Counted from the stretch's first letter, positions 24,460 to 32,000 are shown. The stretch is 32,000 nt of DNA from an uncultured Methanosarcinales archaeon (GCA_964466175.1 CAYXMT010000004.1:1-32000), one strand, 5' to 3'. Notes: generated by a model not told the origin, from the sequence alone. Numbers and translations are program-made.

Positions 24460-25608
24460 ATGGTTTCTATGAAAGTTTACATCAAAGGCGTAGGTATGAC
24501 AAAGTTTGGTGTAGATAGAAAAAGCTCTCATGAGAGGATATGTGAAGTCATTGGTGAATGCCTTAAATCAACAGATATGAATTTTGACGACATAGATGTC
24601 ATATTTGCATCGAATTCTGAATCAGAAAGGAACGAGGAAAGGCAGAAACACCAGGGTCCTATGCTAAGTACACTCTTCCAGAGGGAAATGCCTATACTTA
24701 ATGTGCCTGCAGGATGTGCTGGCGGAGGTGTTGCTTTGTGGAATTCCATCAACTATCTCAGATCTTCAGATTGCAAAAACATAATGGTCATTGGATATGA
24801 TAACATAGTATCATTAACCTCAGAGATTATTACAGACGAAATACTTATGGGCAGTGAGCGTATATGTGAACAGACTGAAGGGCTTAATTTCCCTGCACAA
24901 AATGCCCTTGTTGCGCAGCAGTATATGATGAAGTACGGTGCAACATCAGATGACCTTGCATTAATTGCTTTAAAAAATCACGAGAATGCGTTCGACAATC
25001 CAAAAGCAATGTTCTACAAAAAGAAAGTTACATTAGATATGATAAAAAAATCTCCTGTGGTTGCCAGTCCGCTAAGATTGTTTGACTGCAGTATATCTGT
25101 AAATGGTGCTGCAGCTGCAATAATCAGTAAAGATCCGGGAAATATTGAGATTATTGGCTCAGGAATGTGCACAACCAGTCTGTCTCCAATTGAGAGGAAA
25201 GATATGACTTCAATGAGTTCTACAATAAAGGCTGCAAAGACTGCTTATGAGCAGGCAGGAATAAAACCTGAAGACTTGGATATAGCAGAACTGCATGACG
25301 CATTCACTCCATTAGAGCTATTATCTTATGAAGACCTTGGATTTGCAAAGAAAGGTCATGGAGCAGAGTTAATAAGAGACGGGACAACAAAAATTAATGG
25401 TAGTCTTCCTGTCAACACCTCTGGTGGATTAAAGGCCAAGGGCCATCCTATCAGCCCTACCGGGCTAGCCCAGATTTATGAGATTTCAAAACAAATGAAA
25501 AATGAATGTGGTAAAAGGCAGATAAATAAGCCGAAATATGGTCTTGCGCAGAATGTTGGTGGTGTAGGCACAATGGCTGCTGTGCATATCCTAAAGAATC
25601 TTAATTGA
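24460..25608 (+). CDS. Thiolase-superfamily protein, SCP-x/archaeal DUF35-associated type (paralog 2)
   Basis: Motifs IKGVGMTKFG, VPAGCAGGGVAL (nucleophile Cys), LHDAFT, NTSGGLKAKGHPISPTG and NVGGVGTM. Confidence 0.85.
   Translation: MVSMKVYIKGVGMTKFGVDRKSSHERICEVIGECLKSTDMNFDDIDVIFASNSESERNEERQKHQGPMLSTLFQREMPILNVPAGCAGGGVALWNSINYLRSSDCKNIMVIGYDNIVSLTSEIITDEILMGSERICEQTEGLNFPAQNALVAQQYMMKYGATSDDLALIALKNHENAFDNPKAMFYKKKVTLDMIKKSPVVASPLRLFDCSISVNGAAAAIISKDPGNIEIIGSGMCTTSLSPIERKDMTSMSSTIKAAKTAYEQAGIKPEDLDIAELHDAFTPLELLSYEDLGFAKKGHGAELIRDGTTKINGSLPVNTSGGLKAKGHPISPTGLAQIYEISKQMKNECGKRQINKPKYGLAQNVGGVGTMAAVHILKNLN
24856..25134 (+). repeat. Copy B of the near-identical thiolase block
   Basis: See copy A at 22229-22507. 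Confidence 0.9.
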
Positions 25609-26362
25609 TTTTTTTATCCTTTAGAAATTTCTTTAATATCTCTTTGTTCTCTTTGGTTCTTGAACATTTAACATAAGACTGAACTTCAAAATCATCCTGC
25701 AGATCTTTAAGATAATCTTTATTCACTGATTTTTTTGTAAGCTCCAGCGCTTTTGCCGGCTTTTTTGCTATCCCGGATGTTAAGTCATTCAAAAAAGAAT
25801 CAATCTTGTTCTCAGAAACTAAAAAATCTACAAGCCCCCATTCTAAAGCAGTTTTACTGTCTATTGTAGCTCCTGTAAACAGCATATATTTAGCCTTCCC
25901 AAAACCTATCAGTCTTGGCAATCTTTTTGTGCCTCCTAAAGGGGCTACTGTGCCAAGCGAAGTTTCCGGATGTATAAATTTTGCATTAGGCAGCGCTATT
26001 CTCATATCACAGGCCATTGCCAGTTCATTTCCACCGCCCACAGCAATTCCGTTTATAACGGCTATAAAAATCTGGGGCATTGTTTCAATCTTGGAAAAAA
26101 TGTTTTGCACAGATTTTAATTGTTTTTTAGCTTCATTGATATCCATATCCCCTACTTCCTGTTCCCATGAGATATTTCCTCCTGAGCAGAATGCTTTTCC
26201 TTTGCCTTTTATCACAACTACATTCAAATTACTGGACTTTATTCTCTCCAAAATTCTATCCAGCTCTTTTATCATCTCAAAATCAAAAGAGTTCAGCTTT
26301 TCAGGATTATTCAAAAATATTGTTCCTGTCTTGCCATTGGCATTAAAGGTTATTTTATTCAT
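25601..26362 (-). CDS. Enoyl-CoA hydratase/isomerase (crotonase) family protein
   Basis: Motifs VVVIKGKGKAFCSGGNI, AVINGIAVGGGNELAMACDMRIA and FIHPETSLGTVAPLGGTKRLPRLIG, giving the oxyanion hole and both catalytic Glu positions. Confidence 0.85.
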   Translation of the reverse strand: MNKITFNANGKTGTIFLNNPEKLNSFDFEMIKELDRILERIKSSNLNVVVIKGKGKAFCSGGNISWEQEVGDMDINEAKKQLKSVQNIFSKIETMPQIFIAVINGIAVGGGNELAMACDMRIALPNAKFIHPETSLGTVAPLGGTKRLPRLIGFGKAKYMLFTGATIDSKTALEWGLVDFLVSENKIDSFLNDLTSGIAKKPAKALELTKKSVNKDYLKDLQDDFEVQSYVKCSRTKENKEILKKFLKDKKIN

Positions 26363-26382
26363 TTTTTAAGTCTCAAAATATT

Positions 26383-27801
26383 TTATAGTTTTGAATTTAA
26401 TATATGGATAGCCTTGCCCATGGCTGCTTCTGCTGCTTCCATTAAGCTCTCGCTTAAAGTAGGATGAGGATGTATTGTCAAAGCTAAATCCTCTACAGAA
26501 GCATTCATCCTTATTGCCAAAGCAGCCTCGCTTATAAGGTCTGATACATCATGCCCCACAATCTGCACCCCAACTATCTTTTTATCATTTTCATTAGAAA
26601 TTATTTTCACAAATCCTTGTGTACTGCCTCTTGTCATGGCTCTGCTTGATGCGCTAAATGGAAATTTTCCTGCCTTTATATTCATTCCCTTGGCCTTTGC
26701 TTCTTCTTCGCTTAAGCCAACAGCAGCAATTTCCGGATCAGTAAAAATAACCGCAGGTACGACATCGCCCTCATAACTGCCTTTATCGCCAGCAATTGAT
26801 TCTGCAGCAAACCTGCCTTGTGATGAAGCTTTATGAGCCAGCATGGGCCCTATAGAAACATCTCCTATCGCATATATATTTTTATCATTAGTCTTCAGAT
26901 ATTTATCCACTTTAATAAATCCATCACTATCCAATTCTACTTTAGTGTTTTCAATACCTAAATTTTTTGTATTGGGCTTTCTGCCTACGGCAACCAGAAT
27001 CTTATCTGCATCTAAGGATATTCTGCCTTTTTCTTTTGAATTTACAATTATTTTCTTACCTTCAATTTTATCTGCCTTTGTATCAAGATGCACTTCAACA
27101 TTGATATTTTCTAGGTTCCTCTGCAGCACATCAACAACGCTTTTGTCAAATCCGGGTAAAATCTGCTCCTGCATCTCAACAACACAAACCTTGCTTCCGA
27201 GTTTTGCATAAACTGTTCCTAACTCTAATCCTATATAGCCTGCGCCTACAACAACCAGGTTCTTTGGGATTTTATCCAAATACAAAGCTTCTCTTGAACT
27301 AATAATTTTCTTACCGTCAAATTTAAAGTTTGGCAATTCAATTGGTTCTGAGCCTGATGAAATTATCGCCTTTTCAAAATCGACATAAGAAACACTTTTT
27401 CCATTGCTTATTTTTAACCTGTTGGAATTTTCAAAAACCACGCTTCCCTTAACAACATCAACATTATTTTTCTTGCAAAGAAATTCAATCCCAGTTATTA
27501 GCTTCGAAACTACCTTGTCCTTCCATTCCTGCATCTTCTTAAAATCCATCGTAACTTTATCTACCTTAATCCCCATATCAGAAGATTTCTTGATTTTATC
27601 CAGAAATTCAGATGCATAAATCATTGCTTTTGATGGGATGCAGCCGTAATTAAGGCATATTCCGCCAAGTTTATCTTCATCAATCAAAACAACCTTTTTG
27701 TTCAGCTGACCAAGCCTTATAGCAGCCACATATCCTCCTGGACCTGCACCTATTACAACAACTTCCGCTTTCGTGGTATTACTTGAATTCATCTCATACA
27801 T
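26383..27801 (-). CDS. lpdA: Dihydrolipoyl dehydrogenase (E3, class I pyridine nucleotide-disulfide oxidoreductase)
   Basis: Motifs VVVIGAGPGGYVAA, GGICLNYGCIPSK (redox disulfide), VVVGAGYIGLE and the C-terminal HPHPTLSE His-Glu dyad. Confidence 0.88.
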   Translation of the reverse strand: MYEMNSSNTTKAEVVVIGAGPGGYVAAIRLGQLNKKVVLIDEDKLGGICLNYGCIPSKAMIYASEFLDKIKKSSDMGIKVDKVTMDFKKMQEWKDKVVSKLITGIEFLCKKNNVDVVKGSVVFENSNRLKISNGKSVSYVDFEKAIISSGSEPIELPNFKFDGKKIISSREALYLDKIPKNLVVVGAGYIGLELGTVYAKLGSKVCVVEMQEQILPGFDKSVVDVLQRNLENINVEVHLDTKADKIEGKKIIVNSKEKGRISLDADKILVAVGRKPNTKNLGIENTKVELDSDGFIKVDKYLKTNDKNIYAIGDVSIGPMLAHKASSQGRFAAESIAGDKGSYEGDVVPAVIFTDPEIAAVGLSEEEAKAKGMNIKAGKFPFSASSRAMTRGSTQGFVKIISNENDKKIVGVQIVGHDVSDLISEAALAIRMNASVEDLALTIHPHPTLSESLMEAAEAAMGKAIHILNSKL

Positions 27802-27891
27802 ACGGTTCTATTTACCATTAATAAATCTAACGCTTTATTGCCAGGAAAAAGAGAAAATTTAAAAAGCTGCCATTTTTACTGTTTTAACTAA

Positions 27892-28875
27892 ATGGTCATG
27901 AGTATAACTACACAGCAGCCTAAATCTTGGAAGCCTGACAGGCCTGCTTCAAAAGGTGCAACAACATTTCATAATGCAGTTATTGATGCTTCATGGAATA
28001 ATGAATGTCTAGACCAGCTTATTTCTATTGCTAAGCCTAATATCCATGAAAATAGTGTTGTGGTAGACTTTGGAGCTGGTACAGGGACATCATCCGTTAG
28101 AATCCTGGAAAAGCTAAAAATTAAGATAAATCTATGGCTGGTTGACAACTCGCCGGCATGGCTGGGAAAAGCATATGAATTTTTAGGTTCTCGCCCTAAT
28201 GTTAATTTTTTTATTCTGGAGAAAAAAGACAATAGATATACTACTTTATCTGAGACAGTAGGAAAAGGGACTGTAGATAATGTAATGTGTGCAAACACTG
28301 TTCACCTGATACCTAACCTAAAAGAAGCATTTAAGGGTATTGCTGAAGCATTGAAGTCAAAAGGTACTTTTGTTTTTAATACAGGGAATATCCTTAGGGA
28401 TGGAAGGAAAAAAGGGGTTTTGATGCTTGATTCCACAGTATACCGGGTCCATGATATAGCCATAGATATAATTCGTAAAAATTCTAAATTTAAGAAGTAT
28501 AGGAAAAACCTTGATGAAAATATTAAAGCTTATACTCCTTTAAGGAATTTTATTTTTCCTAATCCCAGACCACTTCAGGAATACCTAACTGCCTTAAAAG
28601 ATGCAGGATTCAAGTATATGGAACCTTATTACAAATGCATCCGGTTAAAGTATAGTGATTGGATTAACTTTCTAAGAATTAAGCGGCTGCAGGCAGGAAT
28701 TCTGCCTGAAATCGGAGGTAAAAATCCTAATCCGGATCAGGAAAACGATAGAGATGCCTTGATTATCATGGCTGCACAAAAATTGTTCAAAGAATTAGAA
28801 AAGCTTAATCCATTTGCAGATGATAAAAGTTATCTTGGGGAATGGGTCTACATATCTGCAACAAAATCTAATTGA
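27892..28875 (+). CDS. Class I SAM-dependent methyltransferase with a long C-terminal extension
   Basis: VVDFGAGTGTSSVRILE (motif I), a WLVDNS acidic loop, and a VMCANTVHLIP / KGTFVF post-motif pattern. 327 aa. The target is unknown. Confidence 0.7.
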   Translation: MVMSITTQQPKSWKPDRPASKGATTFHNAVIDASWNNECLDQLISIAKPNIHENSVVVDFGAGTGTSSVRILEKLKIKINLWLVDNSPAWLGKAYEFLGSRPNVNFFILEKKDNRYTTLSETVGKGTVDNVMCANTVHLIPNLKEAFKGIAEALKSKGTFVFNTGNILRDGRKKGVLMLDSTVYRVHDIAIDIIRKNSKFKKYRKNLDENIKAYTPLRNFIFPNPRPLQEYLTALKDAGFKYMEPYYKCIRLKYSDWINFLRIKRLQAGILPEIGGKNPNPDQENDRDALIIMAAQKLFKELEKLNPFADDKSYLGEWVYISATKSN

Positions 28876-28883
28876 TTATAAAA

Positions 28884-29618
28884 ATGTTAAAAGGAAAAAC
28901 AGCATTAGTCACTGGAGGTTCGACAGGCATTGGAAGGTCTACTGCATTTGAACTTGCAAAAAATGGGGCAAATATTATCATTAACTATCTTGCCAATGAT
29001 AAAGAAGCTAATGATGTTGCTGAACAAATCAAGAAATTAGGAGTGGAATGTATAGCGGTTAAAGCTAATGTTACAAATTTTGATGAAGTTAAGAAAATGG
29101 CTGAAACTGCACAAAAACAATTCAAAAATGTTGATATTCTTATCAACAATGCAGGTATTGTTAAGGATAGAACATTAAAAAACATGACTAAAGATGAATG
29201 GGATGCTGTCATAAACACTAATCTCAACAGCGTTTTCTATGTAACCAAGGCCATTTTGCCCCTAATGGGAGAAGGAGGAAGAATCATAAGCGTATCTTCC
29301 ATTATAGGCCAGTATGGGAACTTTGGCCAGTCTAATTATGCAGCTTCTAAAGCAGGCATCATAGGTTTCACAAAGTCTCTGGCAAAAGAGCTTGGCAAAA
29401 AAAAGATAACAGTAAATGCTGTTGCTCCTGGTTTTGTGAAAACCACAATAACAAAAGATATACCTTTTATAAGAAAAAAGATGATAAGTTATATGACTCC
29501 ATTGAAAGATGAAGCCGAACCAGAAGATATTGCCAATGTTATTGCTTTCCTGGCATCAGATAAAGCCAGATACATTACAGGAACCGTAATAAATGTTGAC
29601 GGCGGCCTAGCTTTCTGA
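28884..29618 (+). CDS. fabG: 3-oxoacyl thioester reductase, FabG-type classical SDR
   Basis: Motifs LKGKTALVTGGSTGIGRS, NNAGI, SSIIGQYGNFGQSNYAASKAG (Ser-Tyr-Lys triad) and VNAVAPGF. The track start 28872 is a TTG, so I prefer the ATG at 28884. Confidence 0.88.
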   Translation: MLKGKTALVTGGSTGIGRSTAFELAKNGANIIINYLANDKEANDVAEQIKKLGVECIAVKANVTNFDEVKKMAETAQKQFKNVDILINNAGIVKDRTLKNMTKDEWDAVINTNLNSVFYVTKAILPLMGEGGRIISVSSIIGQYGNFGQSNYAASKAGIIGFTKSLAKELGKKKITVNAVAPGFVKTTITKDIPFIRKKMISYMTPLKDEAEPEDIANVIAFLASDKARYITGTVINVDGGLAF

Positions 29619-29735
29619 ACATAACTGCCTTAGTATAAAAACCAATATATTTATATATAACTCCGGCATTCTAAGGGTTGAGTTTTCCTTAGGAATTTCT
29701 CAAAAGAATTAGAAAATATGAGGTAAAAACTGAAT

Positions 29736-30077
29736 ATGTACGACCAAGATAGAAACTTTAGTCAAGGAGATGCTCCAGTTAATGTTGGAGATGAAATAGA
29801 TGTAAAGATAGAAGCTGTAGGAGAAAAAGGGGACGGCATTGCAAAGAAAGAAGGTTTTGTTTTGTTTGTTCCTAACACAAAAGAAGGACAGGAAGTAAAG
29901 ATAAAAATTACGAAAGTTCTACGTAAAGTAGGATTTGCTGAAGTTGTTGGTGAAGCAGCTCCTAAACAAGAAGGAACAGCAGAAAGTGCACCGGCAGAAC
30001 AAAATGCTGCAGCTGAAGAACCTGAGCAAAAAGTAGAAGATACAGAAGATTTCGGAGAAGAAGAAAAGAAAGAATAA
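29736..30077 (+). CDS. TRAM domain RNA-binding protein with an acidic C-terminal tail
   Basis: VGDEIDVKIEAVGEKGDGIAKKEGFVLFVPNTKEGQEVKIKITKVLRKVGFAE is a typical archaeal TRAM barrel. It is followed by an Ala/Glu/Pro-rich tail of about 45 aa. GAGGT precedes the ATG. Confidence 0.8.
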   Translation: MYDQDRNFSQGDAPVNVGDEIDVKIEAVGEKGDGIAKKEGFVLFVPNTKEGQEVKIKITKVLRKVGFAEVVGEAAPKQEGTAESAPAEQNAAAEEPEQKVEDTEDFGEEEKKE

Positions 30078-30140
30078 GGTTATTTCTTTTTTGTTTTATT
30101 TTTGACTAGTTTTAAATAGTTCCATGTCTAAACTTTATTC

Positions 30141-30674
30141 ATGAGACTCTTCATAGCAATCAAAATTCCTGAGGATATAAAAGAATATATTTCCGAACTA
30201 CAGAAACAAATAGACACTGCAAACAACAAAATAAGTTTAGTAAACAAAGATAATATTCATCTGACATTGAAATTCCTTGGAGAAGTCCAGCCAAACGATA
30301 TAGAAACAATAAAAGAAAGTCTAAATAATGTTAAATTTAAATCTTTCTCAGTTCATTTAAATGATGTTGATGTTTTTCCAAATGAAAATTATATTAGGGT
30401 AATCTGGATTGGATTAGAACCAGAAGAAAATATATTAGAACTGCAAAAAAATATTGATGAAAGCCTAAAAAGCTTATTCAGGAAAGAAAAAGATTTCAAA
30501 CCGCACTTGACATTAGCAAGAGTAAAATACATAGAAGACAAAAACAATTTTATTAATAAATTAAAGAATATAAAAATCGAGAACAAAAAAATTGACATAA
30601 GTAATTTCAGATTAGTAAAAAGCACTTTAACTCCGGAAGGTCCTGTTTATGAGGATTTAGAAGTTTTTAAGTAA
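30141..30674 (+). CDS. thpR: RNA 2',3'-cyclic phosphodiesterase / 2'-5' RNA ligase (2H phosphoesterase)
   Basis: MRLFIAI start plus two HxT motifs: NIHLTLKFLGEV and KPHLTLARV. Confidence 0.85.
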   Translation: MRLFIAIKIPEDIKEYISELQKQIDTANNKISLVNKDNIHLTLKFLGEVQPNDIETIKESLNNVKFKSFSVHLNDVDVFPNENYIRVIWIGLEPEENILELQKNIDESLKSLFRKEKDFKPHLTLARVKYIEDKNNFINKLKNIKIENKKIDISNFRLVKSTLTPEGPVYEDLEVFK

Positions 30675-30780
30675 AGAAAGGTTTTTAAATGGAGCTTTCT
30701 TCCCTCCCAATATTACCAACTCACTGCATGAGGTAATAAAAATTGCAGTTCAATTTCTGAACTAGCATTAAAGAAAGAAA

Positions 30781-31380
30781 ATGGTTGAAGAAAAATTTTT
30801 AGTAGCTACAGACGAATATCTGAAATCTGGCATACATATAGGTACAAAGTTCAAGACCAAATACATGGAGAAATTCATCTACAAAACAAGGCCTGATGGC
30901 CTGTCTGTTTTAAACCTCCAGAAGATAGATGAAAGGCTGAATATAGCAGCTAAATTTCTGGCACAATACGACCCAGAAGATATTTTGATTGTAGGGAGAA
31001 GGGAAAGTGCATGGAAGCCAATAAATATGTTTGGCAAGATTACCGGAGCAAAGGTTTTTGCCGGGCGTTATCCGCCGGGAATCCTAACAAACCCTAACCT
31101 GGATAATTACATTGAAGTAAAGGTCCTGTTGGTTGTTGATTCAGGACCGGATAGAAATGCAGTTATAGATGCAATAAAGATGGGTATCCCTGTTATTGCA
31201 ATATGCGATACCAATAACCAATCAAACAATATAGACCTTGTTGTACCAAGCAATAACAAGGGTAAGAAAAGTTTAGGCTTGTTTTTCTGGATACTCACAA
31301 GGGAATATTTAAGGAACAAAGGCATCTTAAAAAAGAGTGAGGAACTTAAGGAAAAAATAGAGGATTTTACAGAAGAATAG
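30781..31380 (+). CDS. rps2: 30S ribosomal protein uS2 (archaeal/eukaryal SA type)
   Basis: Motifs YLKSGIHIGTKFKTKYMEKFIY..RPDGLSVLNLQKIDERL, VVDSGPDRNAVIDA and IPVIAICDTNN. Confidence 0.92.
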   Translation: MVEEKFLVATDEYLKSGIHIGTKFKTKYMEKFIYKTRPDGLSVLNLQKIDERLNIAAKFLAQYDPEDILIVGRRESAWKPINMFGKITGAKVFAGRYPPGILTNPNLDNYIEVKVLLVVDSGPDRNAVIDAIKMGIPVIAICDTNNQSNNIDLVVPSNNKGKKSLGLFFWILTREYLRNKGILKKSEELKEKIEDFTEE

Positions 31381-31400
31381 ACATTAATGATTTCTGGTTT

Positions 31401-32000
31401 TTATTCTATCTTCAGCAAATCAGATATAGCTTCCTTTAAATCTTTGTTCTTATAAAGCACTTCATAAGCCTGTTCTGTCAGAGGCATGTAAAGTTTGTTT
31501 TTTTTGCTGAATTCATAAACAGCCTTTGTTGTCTGTATGCCTTCTGCTACCCTGCCTTTCATTTCTTTTTTGATATTATCAAGTGTTTTCCCTTTTGCAA
31601 TTCTCTCGCCAGCTAACCTATTTCTGCTGTGCTTGCTTGTGCATGTTGCCACTAAGTCGCCTATTCCTGCAAGACCATAAAAGGTTGATCTTTTGGCACC
31701 TAGAAATTTGCCATAAGTGGACATTTCCATCAACCCTATTGTTATAATGCTGGCTTTTGCATTATCCCCATATCCTAAACCGTCGCATACACCAGTTGCT
31801 ATTGCTGCTATATTCTTCAGAGCCCCGCAAACTTCAACGCCAATTATATCATTATGCGTAAAAACCCTAAAATAGCTTGTATGGAATATTTTCTTGATTT
31901 CATTAAGGCAATCAGTATTCTCAGATGCTATAACTGTTGCCGTCGGCATCTTTCTGCTGACTTCTTCAGCATGATTTGGGCCAGACAACGACACTATTGA
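31401..32000 (-). CDS. gpsA: NAD(P)H-dependent sn-glycerol-3-phosphate dehydrogenase, partial (N-terminus beyond the window end)
   Basis: Motifs SGPNHAEEV, VEVCGALKNIAAIATGVCDGLGYGDNAKASIITIGLMEM, GDLVATCTS..SRN and AEGIQT match GpsA. The frame stays open upstream to position 32000. The track's M at 31994 is a GTG inside the ORF. Confidence 0.85.
   Translation of the reverse strand, partial: SIVSLSGPNHAEEVSRKMPTATVIASENTDCLNEIKKIFHTSYFRVFTHNDIIGVEVCGALKNIAAIATGVCDGLGYGDNAKASIITIGLMEMSTYGKFLGAKRSTFYGLAGIGDLVATCTSKHSRNRLAGERIAKGKTLDNIKKEMKGRVAEGIQTTKAVYEFSKKNKLYMPLTEQAYEVLYKNKDLKEAISDLLKIE

Noticed and set aside
24460-25608. Whether the second thiolase-like gene could be the HMG-CoA synthase expected next to archaeal thiolase/DUF35 pairs.
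   Set aside because: It shares near-identical DNA blocks and all thiolase motifs (HDAFT, GGLKAKGHP, NVGG) with paralog 1. It is therefore a thiolase paralog, not an HMGCS.
25806-26369. 187-aa + strand ORF. Other long antisense ORFs are 18877..19419 +, 12936..13328 -, 4895..5266 +, 26843..27211 +, 27969..28298 -, 24113..24412 - and 16230..16526 +.
   Set aside because: Each is embedded antisense in a gene with strong family motifs (crotonase, UPF0182, PccB, aminotransferase, Lpd, methyltransferase, the DUF35 fusion, BirA). None has a recognisable motif or ribosome-binding context.
1-32000. CRISPR arrays, transposases or integrases, prophage genes and tRNA genes.
   Set aside because: Reading through the intergenic regions showed no regularly spaced direct repeats, no recombinase-like ORFs and no cloverleaf candidates. 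The only significant repeats are the intragenic thiolase blocks.

Overview
AT-rich (about one-third GC by eye), very compact sequence. Many genes are separated by 0-30 nt or overlap at their ends. The informational genes are archaeal: RadB, an archaeal/eukaryal-type uS2, aMBF1, an archaeal-type PEP carboxylase, a Fap7/AK6-like kinase, a TRAM protein, and a stand-alone 5S rRNA with a TATA box and an oligo-T terminator. The compaction and composition fit a small-genome, DPANN-like archaeon, but that placement is inference. Gene order: partial ugd (my own translation, absent from the ORF track), 5S rRNA, a short NFACT-N protein, ppc, an aminotransferase and AK6. Then yjbQ and mbf1, followed by a translationally coupled GT2 synthase / thioredoxin-like / GT-C operon and radB. 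Next come a small islet (HEPN-like gene plus an unknown 148-aa gene) and a biotin island: carboxyltransferase, BCCP, BioY, a disrupted GNAT, a thioesterase, BirA and biotin carboxylase. A UPF0182 membrane protein follows. The most interesting part is a bacterial-flavoured acyl-CoA/fatty-acid-type cluster at 21.3-29.6 kb. It encodes FabZ, thiolase, a DUF35-DUF362 fusion, a second thiolase, a crotonase, an orphan dihydrolipoyl dehydrogenase, a SAM methyltransferase and FabG. No ACP, KAS or enoyl reductase is visible. The window ends with TRAM, a 2H phosphoesterase, uS2 and a partial bacterial-type GpsA. I saw no CRISPR array, transposase, integrase or tRNA. Most short ORFs in the track that lie antisense to these genes are shadow ORFs.
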